From: Phoronis australis
Taxonomy: Eukaryota; Animalia; Phoronida
Assembly (NCBI GenBank): GCA_002633005.1
Contig: NMRA01000278.1
Span: 412,283-476,282 of the forward strand
DNA: 64,000 nt
Direction of reading: 5' to 3'
Positions within the stretch are counted from its first letter, which is position 1, and each line of letters opens with the position of its first letter. Below the pieces are notes generated by a model. It was given only the letters and a program-made list of their open reading frames with translations. It was not told the DNA's origin and did no database searches. Made by a program: the position numbers and the translations under genes. Positions 15,201-30,200 of this stretch are shown here, in pieces.

Positions 15201-18200
15201 AACAACAACATGATCACCTAGAGCCCAGTCATAACCTGTAGATAACAACAACATGATCACCTAGCGCCCAGTCATAACCTGTAGATGACAACAACACGAT
15301 CACCTAGAGCCCAGTCATAACCTGTACATAACAACAACATGACCACCTAGAGCCCAGTCATAACCTGTATATAACAACAACATGATCACCTAGAGCCCAG
15401 TCATAACCTGTAGATAACAACAACATGATCACCTAGCGCCCAGTCATAACCTGTAGATGACAACAACACGATCACCTAGAGCCCAGTCATAACCTGTACA
15501 TAACAACAACATGACCACCTAGAGCCCAGTCATAACCTGTATATAACAACAACATGATCACCTAGAGCCCAGTCATAACCTGTAGATAACAACAACATGA
15601 TCACCTAGCGCCCAGTCATAACCTGTAGATGACAACAACACGATCACCTAGAGCCCAGTCATAACCTGTACATAACAACAACATGACCACCTAGAGCCCA
15701 GTCATAACCTGTATATAACAACAACATGATCACCTAGAGCCCAGTCATAACCTGTAGATAACAACAACATGATCACCTAGCGCCCAGTCATAACCTGTAG
15801 ATGACAACAACACGATCACCTAGAGCCCAGTCATAACCTGTACATAACAACAACATGACCACCTAGAGCCCAGTCATAACCTGTATATAACAACAACATG
15901 ATCACCTAGAGCCCAGTCATAACCTGTAGATAACAACAACATGATCACCTAGCGCCCAGTCATAACCTGTAGATGACAACAACACGATCACCTAGAGCCC
16001 AGTCATAACCTGTACATAACAACAACATGACCACCTAGAGCCCAGTCATAACCTGTATATAACAACAACATGATCACCTAGAGCCCAGTCATAACCTGTA
16101 GATAACAACAACATGATCACCTAGCGCCCAGTCATAACCTGTAGATGACAACAACACGATCACCTAGAGCCCAGTCATAACCTGTACATAACAACAACAT
16201 GACCACCTAGAGCCCAGTCATAACCTGTATATAACAACAACATGATCACCTAGAGCCCAGTCATAACCTGTAGATAACAACAACATGATCACCTAGCGCC
16301 CAGTCATAACCTGTAGATGACAACAACACGATCACCTAGAGCCCAGTCATAACCTGTACATAACAACAACATGACCACCTAGAGCCCAGTCATAACCTGT
16401 ATATAACAACAACATGATCACCTAGAGCCCAGTCATAACCTGTAGATAACAACAACATGATCACCTAGCGCCCAGTCATAACCTGTAGATGACAACAACA
16501 CGATCACCTAGAGCCCAGTCATAACCTGTACATAACAACAACATGACCACCTAGAGCCCAGTCATAACCTGTATATAACAACAACATGATCACCTAGAGC
16601 CCAGTCATAACCTGTAGATAACAACAACATGATCACCTAGCGCCCAGTCATAACCTGTAGATGACAACAACACGATCACCTAGAGCCCAGTCATAACCTG
16701 TACATAACAACAACATGACCACCTAGAGCCCAGTCATAACCTGTATATAACAACAACATGATCACCTAGAGCCCAGTCATAACCTGTAGATAACAACAAC
16801 ATGATCACCTAGCGCCCAGTCATAACCTGTAGATGACAACAACACGATCACCTAGAGCCCAGTCATAACCTGTACATAACAACAACATGACCACCTAGAG
16901 CCCAGTCATAACCTGTATATAACAACAACATGATCACCTAGAGCCCAGTCATAACCTGTAGATAACAACAACATGATCACCTAGCGCCCAGTCATAACCT
17001 GTAGATGACAACAACACGATCACCTAGAGCCCAGTCATAACCTGTACATAACAACAACATGACCACCTAGAGCCCAGTCATAACCTGTATATAACAACAA
17101 CATGATCACCTAGAGCCCAGTCATAACCTGTAGATAACAACAACATGATCACCTAGCGCCCAGTCATAACCTGTAGATGACAACAACACGATCACCTAGA
17201 GCCCAGTCATAACCTGTACATAACAACAACATGACCACCTAGAGCCCAGTCATAACCTGTATATAACAACAACATGATCACCTAGAGCCCAGTCATAACC
17301 TGTAGATAACAACAACATGATCACCTAGCGCCCAGTCATAACCTGTAGATGACAACAACACGATCACCTAGNACAAGTGAACTCTCCTATACTACTACAC
17401 TCCTTGGTGAAACCCTGCTCACTACAACTTGTGACTCACAAGTGAACTCTCCTATACTACTACACTCCTTGGTCAAACCCTGCTTACTACAACTTGTGAC
17501 TCACAAGTGAACTCTCCTATACTACTACACTCCTTGGTCAAACCCTGCTCACTACAACTTGTGACTCACAAGTGAACTCTCCTATACTACTACACTCCTT
17601 GGTGAAACCCTGCTCACTATAACTTGTGACATGGCAGCAATGTGTAACGGCAATACCTGTAAAGCCAAGTTGGAAAACAGCCCAGCATTCCTTGAACCCA
17701 TATCCTTCCAGTTCACCAACTGTGTACCACCTTGTGACGTTCCTATGGCAACCATGTACTTTGCAATGCCACTCTCATGGTCATAGCCTCTCCAGTAGGT
17801 ATTTAGCCCCTCCTCTCCAACATGAAGGACAGTGGGCGTGGCCTCATTGGCATCAATCTCCTCCTCTTCTTCCTCCAGACCCACATGCACCTATGATTGA
17901 CATCAAAAACACATTTTAGACAGCTGCCATTCCAACAGTGAAGTGTCTAGAGCACATAGTCATATGTGCATCTTATGCAATTCAAAAAGCAGCAATTCAT
18001 ATCACGCAACTGCTTAGTATTAAAAAGCAAACATAACCCCTACTGTACAGCAAAATTTTCAATTAAGAAGAACAATGGTCCAAAGTCAGTCATTTAAGAA
18101 GAATCTGTAAGGTCATAATCCTGGCTGGGCTCGAGTATTGAAAGCAAGATACGGATATTGTTTTCTGCATTCCATTAAAATCATTACATCCCCATTGTGT

Positions 18201-21200
18201 ACGTGTCTGTATATAATGGCAAATAAGAATTGCAGAGTAACTATGGCAACCCAGAATCCAATAATATAAGTAAACTTTCTTATCTATGGAACTTTCATGA
18301 TGCAAAGTGAATCAAATTAATTTTGTACGATGCGTTATGCCCTCTACTACAAAAATAAAGTTTGATTTAGTGATGGTTTGATTTTATTGAGTCAGAGTAG
18401 GGCAAATTTGTGCCCAAGAAAACTACTAATTTCTTGAAACAATTTTATTTCTTGAAACACCCATGAATTCATTCGTATTAATGACCTGATTAACATGCCT
18501 GCTTACCTTAAACATGGTGGGAGGGCTCGTGTCAATGATCACACCTGGTGATGAGTGCTGTGTGGACAGTCTGGCATTGTTGACCGCTGTCACAGTGAAA
18601 AAGTAGCGCGCCCCGTTGATCAGGCTCAATGACACGTCTTTACTGAAGGCTGCGTTAGTGGCCGATTCCACCTCGTCGCTGCCACTCAGTGGGAACTTCT
18701 GAAACCAGAAATACGCGTATCTTGCTGTTAGTCAGTCTGCGTGCATCTGTTACTTGTGATTAATAGGTGAACTTGAAATGACTTATAAGTTTCTAAATGT
18801 TATGGAGAGCATGTTCTCTTGAGAAAATGATTCCAATTTACAGTAAAAAAACAACATCGATGATCAAACTGCTATGTGCCAAGATGCGAAAAAAGTACTG
18901 TCATGTGAAACATGCAGCTTGTCACATGGAAAATGAGTTTCCGTAAAAAGGTTAGTATCTTGTCAAGTATTTGGCTGAAATAAAGGTACACATTACCAAT
19001 CATGTTGGTCACTTTACTTTCAACCAAACACTTGTTTCAACTCATGTTACTTTCTCATCAGCATATTAGGAAGTTCTACACATTAACAAGTCTGTACACC
19101 CACCCACACCACGGAATGTCATGCATATTGCACATATTAACAAGTCCGTACACCCACCCACACCATGGAATGTCATGCATATTGCACATAGTAACAAGTC
19201 TGTACACCCACCCACACCATGGAATGTCATGCATATTGCACATAGTAACAAGTCTGTACACCCATCCACACCATGGAATGTCATGCATATTGCACATATT
19301 AACAAGTCTGTACACCCACCCACACCATGGAATGTCATGCATATTGCACATAGTAACAACTCTGTACACCCACCCACACCACGGAATGTCATATATATTT
19401 ACTGGCTCTAATATTCTAAAAGCACTTTTTGTATGAAGCCTTTGGTTCTCAAGAGTTCCTTTCCTAAAACAACAGCCACGTTGAACAGTTTCCAAACAGA
19501 CTATAATTCACGTGAAACAATTGAGGTTGTGAAAGCGCGAGCTCAACATATACTTTAACTCATAAAGCTAAGCATTCAATTTTCCACAATTTATACCCTA
19601 GTTTTTCATCATGACCAGGAACTTGTTGAATAAAAAAGTTACTTCAATAACCATAGAATCTCTCTTCATTTAACGCTGTTGTAAACTTGGAGCAGACGAA
19701 GACACTAAATTATCAATGTAGACCACCTACCTCAGAGACATCTCACCTGTGTGATGGCTCCATTGTACTGTTGATAGATGGTATATCTATTAATAGACAT
19801 CTTACTTGCGTGATGAGTCTATTGTACTGTTGATAGACAGTACACCTACTAAATAATAGACATCTCACCTGTGTGATGAGTCCATTGTACTGTTGATAGA
19901 CAGTACACCTATTAAAAGACTTCTCACCTGTGTGGTGGCTCCATTGTACTGTTGATAGATGGTATACCTGTACTCAGCCAGGTTCGACTCGGGGTCGTTG
20001 TACTCCCAGCTCACATGAAAGCTGCTGTCATCTTTCTGGTATCTAAAATGAGCATAGTACTCCCTCAACATAACATCCTACACTAGGCTCCAGGTCATTA
20101 AGTGATATTACAGAATGGAAAACCGCTCACAAGACACGATATTCTTGCAGTTTAATCATCTGTCGTTACAAACAAACACTGTATGACTACACTGGACTAT
20201 TGCCTGTTGCTTGGCTACATTTTTTGTCATTTCTTAATTTCCCCTAATATCAATTCATGGTATTCATATTGAGTTTTTGAGACATCAAAATCAGTTCAGA
20301 AATGACAACAACTCGTGTACGTGTTGGGTTCATTTGAGCGGTTATCCAGGACAGGCTGATCTCAATCACATCTCTTGTATTCTAGTTGGTGTACTTGGAA
20401 TGGATAAAAGAGCTTTGAAAGAGTCAGAAGCTTGGGTAAAATGGAACCAGTGTATGAATTAATTGAAGTGTGTGAATGACAAGAGCTGAGCTCAGGTTAG
20501 TCACTTGGCCACACAGTCAGCTGTAAATTCATAGTATTGTATACTGACTCGTAGTGCAGCTGAGATGGAAAGGCTGCCCATTTGCGCAACAGTAATGCGT
20601 GTTGCCAAAAGCCTTACACAGGTTAACCTTATTAATATGCATTATCCACAATCAATCAATCAATCAATCAATCATCATTTATTTTATTGACCTCTACCAA
20701 TTGCTACACAGCCATAATTTGGGCTTATAAGTTACCATTTCCAAAAAGCGTTTTCTTAAAACTGGTCAATTCTTGATGCTATATAGAGCATGCTACACTG
20801 TCCAAAATTATTCAAACTGTGAACTTAGTGAAAGCTTCATGTAGTGATAATTAAGCCATCTCATGTAAAAGCAAGACGTACAACTAAGGGTGAAATCCAC
20901 TTGGTGTAAAATGAGTATCATGTAACATTGTAGGACCAAACTTACTGTGTTAAAAAAGTCTAAACAGGTTTCACCCAAAACACAAAACAGAATATCTTAA
21001 AGATGACATTGTAAGTGGCTTTAAGAGAATCTCATTGTATCAAAACATGAGTGTGTTATTTCACAACCAAACCGTTAGACAATCCCTTAACAAAAAACCA
21101 CGTACCCTGAGCCTGGGTTCTTGTTGTCCGTCAGTGAAACTAGATTGGGCGGAGTCAAGTCAATTATGTAACCATTGGAGATGGCACTGGTGGTCGCCGT

Positions 21201-24200
21201 GGCACCATTCTCCGCCGTAACCTCCACCTTGACCACATCGGCGTGTCGCAAGTAGAAGTGATGCTCTTCAAAATGGCGGTCGGTGGACTTCCGGTTGACG
21301 AATGCCTCCAACAATTTATCATTGACCTTGACGTCGATATCATACTTGGTGACATTGGATTCGGGATCACTGAATCCTGAAGCGATCACAAAAGTTATGA
21401 CAAGGTTGTTGTTAAGGTTACAGAGGACCTTAGTAACAAATATGGGCATTCAGCCAAATATTTACAAAACAGTACTTTAACTCAAAAACGTAATTTAATG
21501 TTCTGAAACTAAAAAGCCTGTAATTTAATGTTCTGAAACTAAAAAGCCTGTCGCGAATAATTTAATGGCACTGATTCTTCAATCAAAATGGCGCTGCAAC
21601 TTACCGTCCCAGTCGGCCATCACAGCCGAGATGTCATAGTGGTAGAGTGTGTCTGCAAGCCCGTCTCTTCCATCGGTCACTGTACCCTGGACAGGTGGTG
21701 TGAGGTCAATAAGAACTAGAAATGAAAACAAATCAAGGGGTTCAAAACTTTGAGGCAAAAAAAGACCACAATTAAGGCCACCATGGACCATAATGACAAG
21801 TCTCTATAGGTTTTAGCTCAGTTAATTTTTTGAAAGTAGAAACCCTGTAAAATTTGATACTTATCTTTTTACCAATCTGTCACTTATTGGGTCACCTGAC
21901 CACTTATTGGGACATGTGACCATGTCTTTCTGTTATATTTAGCATAAAAGTAATTTACATGAAATGCAAACAAATCTTACGTTATAAGCTTAAGATGAGG
22001 TCTCAAGTTTTCCAGTTTTCTAAAATATTGTTTCATTTTCATTTTGTTGAAAACATGACTAAACTTTTTGTTTGAAAGCTTGATACAGTTGCTCATAGTG
22101 TCTCCTTTCTTCAGGTGTGCACCTATGTAGCAACTTTAGATTTTTTGTCATGAAAATCCTAAAAGTTGCTCCAACTCCAATTCCCAACTGCAAGTGATCC
22201 TGAGCAATTGGGTTTTTGTAAAATGGCCTAAACCCCAATCTTGTTAAATCTTATAAACACCATCTTTTGGTGACAAAGTCACATGGACACCTTGTCACTA
22301 GATCAACTTGACATGTGAACATGAAATCCTAGCTGGAGTTCACAATTTGATGATCTAACTATCCCTAATGAATCTAGAGATGTTTGAATAGAGAGCACCA
22401 AATAAGCCTTACATGTTATACCAAATTCTTGCACACCATTGGAAGACTTTGGGCATCCATTACAAAGTGTAGGAAAATCCAAGAGAACACCTGACTGTCT
22501 CTAACGGATTATTCGACTCACTGGGAAAATCAAAAATCTCATTTTGAAGTTGAATGCATTACACATATAACTCTCGGCTTTTAGAAATGTCACGTAACTG
22601 CAACTTATCACTTACCGCCATTGGAGCTGCCGTTGACATACTTCGGTATCAAACCTCTGTTGGAGGCCGTCACCATGGTGTAATACTTAGAATTGTGGGT
22701 AAGATTCAAGCCCGTCTGACAGTATGTTTTTGTTCTGAAGCTGAACTGAACGTCAGTGTTGTTGGTGAGATCTTTACCACCAACTGTCGACCCCATGCGC
22801 ACATAGTACCTGCATGAACAGAATATTTGGTGACAACACTCACTCTGAAACATGACTTTAACCAACTGCATTCACATACTTTCATAACTCATACACTTAC
22901 AATATGACCGAATACATCGCGTGTAATACATATATGTGCTTAATATAAAATATTAAGTAAACCTACATAGACATGCACAAACCAGATTTTCATTAAATAA
23001 CTTTCGCAGTACGGTAAGTTGTTCTTATTCATGCACTCGAATCGTCAGATATGTCAGATTTCACCTTTTGGATACTCAACTCAATATGCCAGTTTCATTG
23101 ATGAAGACTCACTAAAACAACCTAACCTTGGCCAACAACAGCAAATGTCACCAACACAAAACTGACACACCAAATTCTCCATCAGTACTCCAGCGCACAC
23201 AATGTTTACACAAATGCCTGTATTCACAAAACGCTAAAAGAGCTCAAGAGTGACTCTCACCTGGATATTCCCGAGTGTGGGTCGTAGAAGAAACGCCACT
23301 GGGCACACAGTTGATCATTGTACTTGGAGAACTGGAGGTCACGCTTGTACACCAGCCCGTCTAACACGTCGCCGGCGATGGGCGGAGATTTGTCAACCAG
23401 GAGGGGTGTGTCACCATGACCAGCGACAAACAGCTCAACTAAGGACATGAAGGGCAAGACATTTTTAAACAATCGACGGAATAATGACAGCTGGCCATGT
23501 ACTACTCCAAGGACTGATCCCCAAAACGTTTTGCATCAGTGTATAATAGCACTAACTTCATTTACCACATTCAACAGAGCACAAAACAATAGACACATTC
23601 CTGAGTTTGCACAAAAAATAAAACAAGGAATGATAAAAAATAGTGATTTTGACTTGGAGTATAAACATAAGACCCAGCGCACTGGAAAGAATTCTAAGTT
23701 GTCCATACAATTACTTCGCCACGTAGTGAATATCATCCTTTACCATTGTTAAGAATCTGGAGGCGAATCCAGGCCGGCTGCCCCTCTGGCATCACAATCT
23801 CGTCCATGGTCAGTATTAGGTACTCCAACACTTCGGGGTTGCCCGTACTTTCGTCCGAATATGGCCTCAATTTGACGTCGTACTTGGAACGACCGAGCCC
23901 GAACTCAACCAGGTTGAGGCCTAGTGAGAGAGGAGGCAAATGCACAATTATTGACAAGACTGATATGAAGTAGAATTTCAAAATCTCAGTTCAAACTTTC
24001 TAGTTTCAGAAAACAAAATAATACATTTTTACAGTAGTTTAATGTAGATATTTGAATAAATACACTGCAAATAAGGGTTAATGTCTTACACGACCTTATT
24101 TTTAATGAAATGTTACCTGACAGTGTGTCTGAAGCATTGAAGTATACAATTAGAATGTCCATGTTCTCGCTGTACAGAAAATGGTCGACACCGTACAGAA

Positions 24201-27200
24201 TGGGCGGGGTCACATCGATGATAAGTGGGTAACTGTGACAGACAGTCGTCACTAGCGATCCGCCAAATATGACGTTATTCAGTCCCTGGATAAAATAAGC
24301 ACAGCATAATTAACCCACTAAATGGACTGCAGCCACTCTATTGCCATGGTTACCTTCGATGCATTCAGTCCTTACGTAGCCTAGCAACATGATAACTTGA
24401 GCTGAAGTGGTTCACAGCTTTTCACTAATAGTTTGTAATGTGGCTTGCGGCTTTGGGTTTACCAATTGCATTGTTCTCAGAAAGTCAAGGACAAATCTAT
24501 AACAAAGTTAGCAGCAAAGAACATAATTACAATACCTTCAAAGTATTGTAATGTTTCAGTTTTACTGCAGAAAAATAATTGACAAAATGGCAATTTTTCT
24601 AATTTTAAGGGCAGCTTACTTTCTTGGTTGAAATAATAGACCTTCATTAAAATGTTGCTTTTTGACATCTAAACTGTACAGGCCAAGCTACCAATTGACT
24701 ACAATTTTCTTTGTTAATATTTTTTTGAAAATATAAAATTTCACCAGTACGCCAAACAGGGTCCCAAATAGGTGAATAATTATTGTGCTAAAGACGTCAC
24801 AAAACCACTGAAATGTCTGTTATGCACAAGCAAGATAATTCAGGCCAACAACACACTGCCAGATGAAGAGACCCTTTTTTGCAGTTACCTGGACAGTGAA
24901 GTAATAGCGCCCCTCTTGCAGGGGTGCATCCTTGAACGTGGCCAGTCCCTTGTGGTTCCAGTGATCGCGGGAGGCCAGGTGAGCATGCGGGTCCTCAAAG
25001 TCGGCGATGTCGTTGCCACAGACCGACATGCCAATCTTCCACGTATAGGCATACATTCCACTGTCCTTATCAACAAACTCATCCCAGTTGGCTAAGAAAT
25101 ACAAAATTTATAATGTTGTATCAGAGGAAATAATTAAAAGAGTACAATGATTGACAACAGAAGCTATGCCAAACAATCAACAATTGTTTCAACATTAAAT
25201 AACTTGCAAAATGAAATTACAATTATTACAAATTTAGAGCACATTATCAGAACTTCCACTGTATACTGGTCGCATTATTTGACTGAGCGAATACTAAAAG
25301 CAACACATCTAACAAGTGTCGTTTACACCAAGAGTTATAACTAGACTTAGTGTGGGCACTACTTGTCCTATGCAACTTGACACATGTGATTACTTTATCC
25401 AGGGTAACAAGCCCCAGGGCAAGTAATGTGGATGCAAACCTGTCCATACAGTGGAAGTAATGTGGATGCAAACCTGCCCATACAGTGGAAGTAATTACCA
25501 GCTGTGCCCTTGATCATATAATATAATCATTTTTGCCCCATATGTGGCGTACGCTGTAGGGTATGAAATCTGGATCCCAGGACAAGCTGCTCTGGGGAAA
25601 GTTGGTCTAGGATAAATCATGGTGTGGACATGACTTAAATGTTAATCTCATAAAGAAAATTTAAAGAGCATGGTTTCTACCATTGGCATAGCTTGTGGCT
25701 AACTGATAGTGTTTCTCTTCCAATGGCTTCTCTCCACTGAACACAGCTCTGTCTTCCAGTCCATCAACAATGTATCTGTGATTGGGTTGATCCGTGACCT
25801 CGTGACATCGCTGGGTGATGGCTGCCTCACAGAAATGCGCTAGGACCTCATCAGACTGAGGATTGACTATATTGGCCGGATCAGGAGGAGTGAAGTCTAT
25901 GATGGTACAGCGGCCTGGACCAGGGTTGATAATGGACTACAATGATTAGGGATGGTTATCTCAAAATGAAACATACATGACGGGGAAATTAATTTTACAA
26001 GAAAATCAAATTACATTGTAACAACAAATGACAAGAGACATTACATGTCAATCATTTACTGACCATCAATCTAGTGGCCGTTCATTTTACATAATTAGCA
26101 TGCCTGAACGAGGCTTGATGATGGCAGTCTCATAACCAGAAATGAAATAAACACAACGGTCTAATTGATACGGTCTGCTGTAACACTATGACAGGCTGTG
26201 AAAGACAGCCACAGCTTTAACACTGATAGCTCAACGCATCCAAGGAGGATAAAAGTGATTTTGTTGTGATTCAGGCATGAAGTTGCATTACAAGAAATGT
26301 AAATCAGCTGAACCAGCTCAGTAGGTGTGTGTTATCCAATAGGAAGGAGATACTGGTCACAATCTCAAACTAAAAAATGATGAGTCAAAGAATAAAAAAT
26401 TAATAGACAACAACAGTCTATATTCAGCTTCCTCTGTAGAAACAATAAATTTCAATTTCACAAGTTTCCACGAAGCTGAAACTAACTTACAGTGTATCCC
26501 AACCAGTTAGTTATATCCACGTTGACACAGTACTGAGAGCTGTGCTCTGTCTCAATGTCATGTCTGAATACTTTGGCATAGCCCAGGTTGAGACGCTCGT
26601 AGTACGACCAACCAGCACTCTGCTTCAGGTCCACCTAGTCACATAACAAACACAAGACTTTGTAAATTATTGAGGTCAGCATATGACATAAGGTACCTAA
26701 GCTACATTAATCAATGGTCGAGCTGTGAACAGCAATTTTCAATCAAAGACAACCCAGTGCCACACAGGAAACAGTGATCGTACAAGTAATTCCTGGGGAA
26801 TATTCAAATGACCAGAGTGCAAAACTATGGTAAAAATTCTTAAACTTGCATGAAAAGGACACCGTGGTGACACCTATTTGGTTAGTTTAAGGCAACCTGA
26901 CTAGTTAGCTTACCTCTAAAACTCACCCAGCACCTTGAAAAAAACACTCCCACTGCAGCGCATAACAAAGTGAAAAGCTAAAAACACACGGGATACAACC
27001 CTGGCCTAAAGTGTAGCAGATAATCCACACTCAGTGGTTCACTTCTGGCCAGGACAAAACACAATAGACCAAATTTACCTTGGGCCATAATCCAATTTGT
27101 TGGAAATAAAGGTAAACCATGAGTCACCATGGAATTTGCAGTTTAGGGCCAGATTGTATTCAAAATGCACATTTCTTCTCTTTTCAAACCAACGATTTGC

Positions 27201-30200
27201 TGCTCTGCAGGAAAAATTGAACCTTTTCAGCCAATGTTGTGACACCTGTTTTGAGACACCTTTGTTACACAGACTTCGTCGACGTTGGAGGAAATCTTTC
27301 TTACTGAGATTTTTGTAGAAAAATTTTATAACACAAAATCCCACTTTTTCACCACCAAAACCGGGGAATGTGTGAAACAAAATAAAAAAGTTTGCCAAAA
27401 TTGTCCGATTCTTCTAGTTGTACTGGTAACGGCGATTATACATCTGGTTTATAATCTTTTTCAGAAGCAATTATCACCATAAACGAATGAGACATTCAAG
27501 CAGTGTTGATCTCAAAGAGACAACCTTACTATAAAGTCATAAGATTTGCCAGCAGGTTAAATACAGACTTGGTATCATCGCGACATGAACATTAAACATC
27601 TATTTAGTTTATCCAATCAGTATGCATTGACGAATCAGCTCCTGCACCAAGAAGCCAATTAAAAAATGATTAACCCTGAAAGGTAAAAACCTCGATATAC
27701 ATCCTTCCTAACGTCACAGTTTTTAAAATCGTGAAACAATTTCAAGTGAACTAGAGTCTCAGTGCTCTGGTACAGCTTACCTCATACACATGCAAAATGA
27801 CATCATTCATGTACTCACCCCACTGGAAGGATTCCAGATGACAAAGTGCAGTAAACATGCCTTGGTAACCACGTTGTACTCCATAGAGATACACTTGCGT
27901 CCATAGCTGAGGCACTTCCCGCCGCACGCCGCTGGCGACGACTCCGTGGACTCGGCAATTGCTTCAGCATTGCTCAGGTGCCCTTCCTTGGGCGGGCTGA
28001 AACTCTGCATGACCCCGGTCTGAGAAGAGAGAGATTGTAACAAACGCATGTAACTATAGCCCATAATCATCAATGTGTGGTTGGTGATGAGTCAGATGTG
28101 AGTGAGTCAGCTACAACCATTAAGAGAGAAAAGGGAAAAGATATGGTTGTGGCATGGTATTACTGTCTGACAAGACTACCATAATGGCTAAATTACCATT
28201 AATAACTTTTGAATACAATTAATGGAGATACGGCCACAATATCATTGACAGGCATACGGACAAACATACAGACAGATGCTCATGAACACTATGTACCAAA
28301 CATGATTTTTTACCTCCAGAGTGTTCAACGTGGGTGCATTAAAGCTGAACGCAGTCCACTCTACATATCTGTCGCCACCCACTTCTCCTGGATTGTTACC
28401 CAAACCATGGAACAGTTGGTCTGTATTCAAGGGACTGTCCTCGAATGCAGTCACGGACCCCCTGTTGACAAGAGCACAGCTAAGAGAATGAAGGCACAAA
28501 GCTGGACTTTTTCACCAAGTGTGTTTATTTTATTTATGACACCCATTACCACACTATGTTTGACAACTCTGGAAAGTCTTTAAAATGTCTTTGTTTACCT
28601 CGCTCTACACTCACTCCATCTGTAGGTTAGGAGGTAAAACATTAATTTTCATTGACCCATTCCCCATTTCAGGGACATGTTATTGCAAAAAAAAATCTTT
28701 TTTATGAATAACAACTGGTATTTCTTTTGATTTGCAAATAACATATTTTGCGTCATGTAAATGTTTTACGGTCAAAACTTCAATTTTGGTTAACTTTGTC
28801 AANTCTGTATTCAAGGGACTGTCCTCGAATGCAGTCACGGACCCCCTGTTGACAAGAGCACAGCTAAGAGAATGAATACGCAAAGTTGGACTTTTTCACC
28901 AAGTGTGTTTATTTTATTTATGACACCCATTACCACACTATGTTTGACAACTCTGGAAAGTCTTTAAAATGTCTTTGTTTACCTCGCTCTACACTCACTC
29001 CATCTGTAGGTTAGGAGGTAAAACATTAATTTTCATTGACCCATTCCCCATTTCAGGGACATGTTATTGCAAAAAAAAATCTTTTTTATGAATAACAACT
29101 GGTATTTCTTTTGATTTGCAAATAACATATTTTGCGTCATGTAAATGTTTTACGGTCAAAACTTCAATTTTGGTTAACTTTGTCAAATACGGCAACGTCA
29201 TTTAGAAATTGTTACAATTAAATAGGTTTACAAAACCCTGTGGGATTTTTGTGATTCTTTACATCTCCAATCTGTACAAAAAATGAGATCATTATGCCAG
29301 TATTTTCTCGATCTTTTATCTTAAAATCTTGTAAAAATATGCCAAGCTGATCAACTGTCAACACAAACATAGTCGGAATATTCTTGTAGAAACCAACAAG
29401 CTAACACAATGCAATACCTTCCACTTAAAATGGAACTAAAAAACCAGCATTGTGATGACAATACAACTTTCAAAAAAATTTTTGTCTCCTTTGCCAAAAA
29501 CCTCGTACTTGGGATGTTCTTTTTGGATGCAATCACTTTAATAATTAAAAATGTTTCTGAAAGAGCCTCAAGAGAGTAGTTTCTGCTATTGAGCGTTGAC
29601 AAGCATAACGACAAATTCATGATGAGAGCTGCAGAATGAAGAGGGAATTTGTTGATATTATGAAATTTCGCATAGTTTCCACGTCGAGTTTTCAACCATT
29701 TCTCATTCTTCATGAGATTTCCACGCACTGAAATTATTTTGTTGTTTTCAGATTTTCCAAGTCGAGCAGCAGCCACCGCACAGACAAAAACTGATTTTAC
29801 AAAATAAAACTTTTGAAGCAATCCATCAGCTTACTGGACAACTTTAGGATTAGCGGAGTACAGGTACAGCATGTCCACTCGACCCTCTGGTACGGTGTTG
29901 TCATAAGTCTCCAGTTGGCACTGTGCCAGGTTTGTCTGACCCTGTTCGTTGACGGCCCTGACGGTGAAAAACAGTCGAATACCACCAGGCATCTGAGCCT
30001 GGGCAGTAATAGTAGGCGTCCCCATCTCAGTCCAGTCCTGCAATACATAATTGTGCTATGTAGCAAAAACCAATTTTACAGTTAAATGATTCTATAAATA
30101 GCCAAACAGCTGCTACCGATATTACTTTGCCTTTCACCAACATGGTGTTGTCTTAAGGTGTAACTTCCAACACAGTCGTGGTATTCACTTCTTCAACTTA

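Noticed and set aside
14311-17630. CRISPR-like appearance of the 43-bp and 65-bp arrays (the latter has a palindrome)
   Set aside because: Head-to-tail repeats with no unique spacers, no cas genes, and a spliceosomal eukaryotic context.
19002-19495. ORFs with 18-aa Cys/His/Trp repeats on both strands (metal-binding-like)
   Set aside because: By-products of a 54-bp minisatellite open in several frames; no splice signals or phase need between E43 and E44.
5577-25104. Bacterial origin or contamination suggested by DxTPP Ig/FN3-like repeats resembling bacterial surface proteins
   Set aside because: Coding sequence is split by dozens of canonical spliceosomal introns; ancient horizontal transfer cannot be judged without a phylogeny.
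28804-28862. Second partial copy of exon E32 (apparent junction duplication)
   Set aside because: Starts exactly at the N and belongs to a 383-bp overlap, so treated as an assembly artefact and not counted among junction-spanning repeats.
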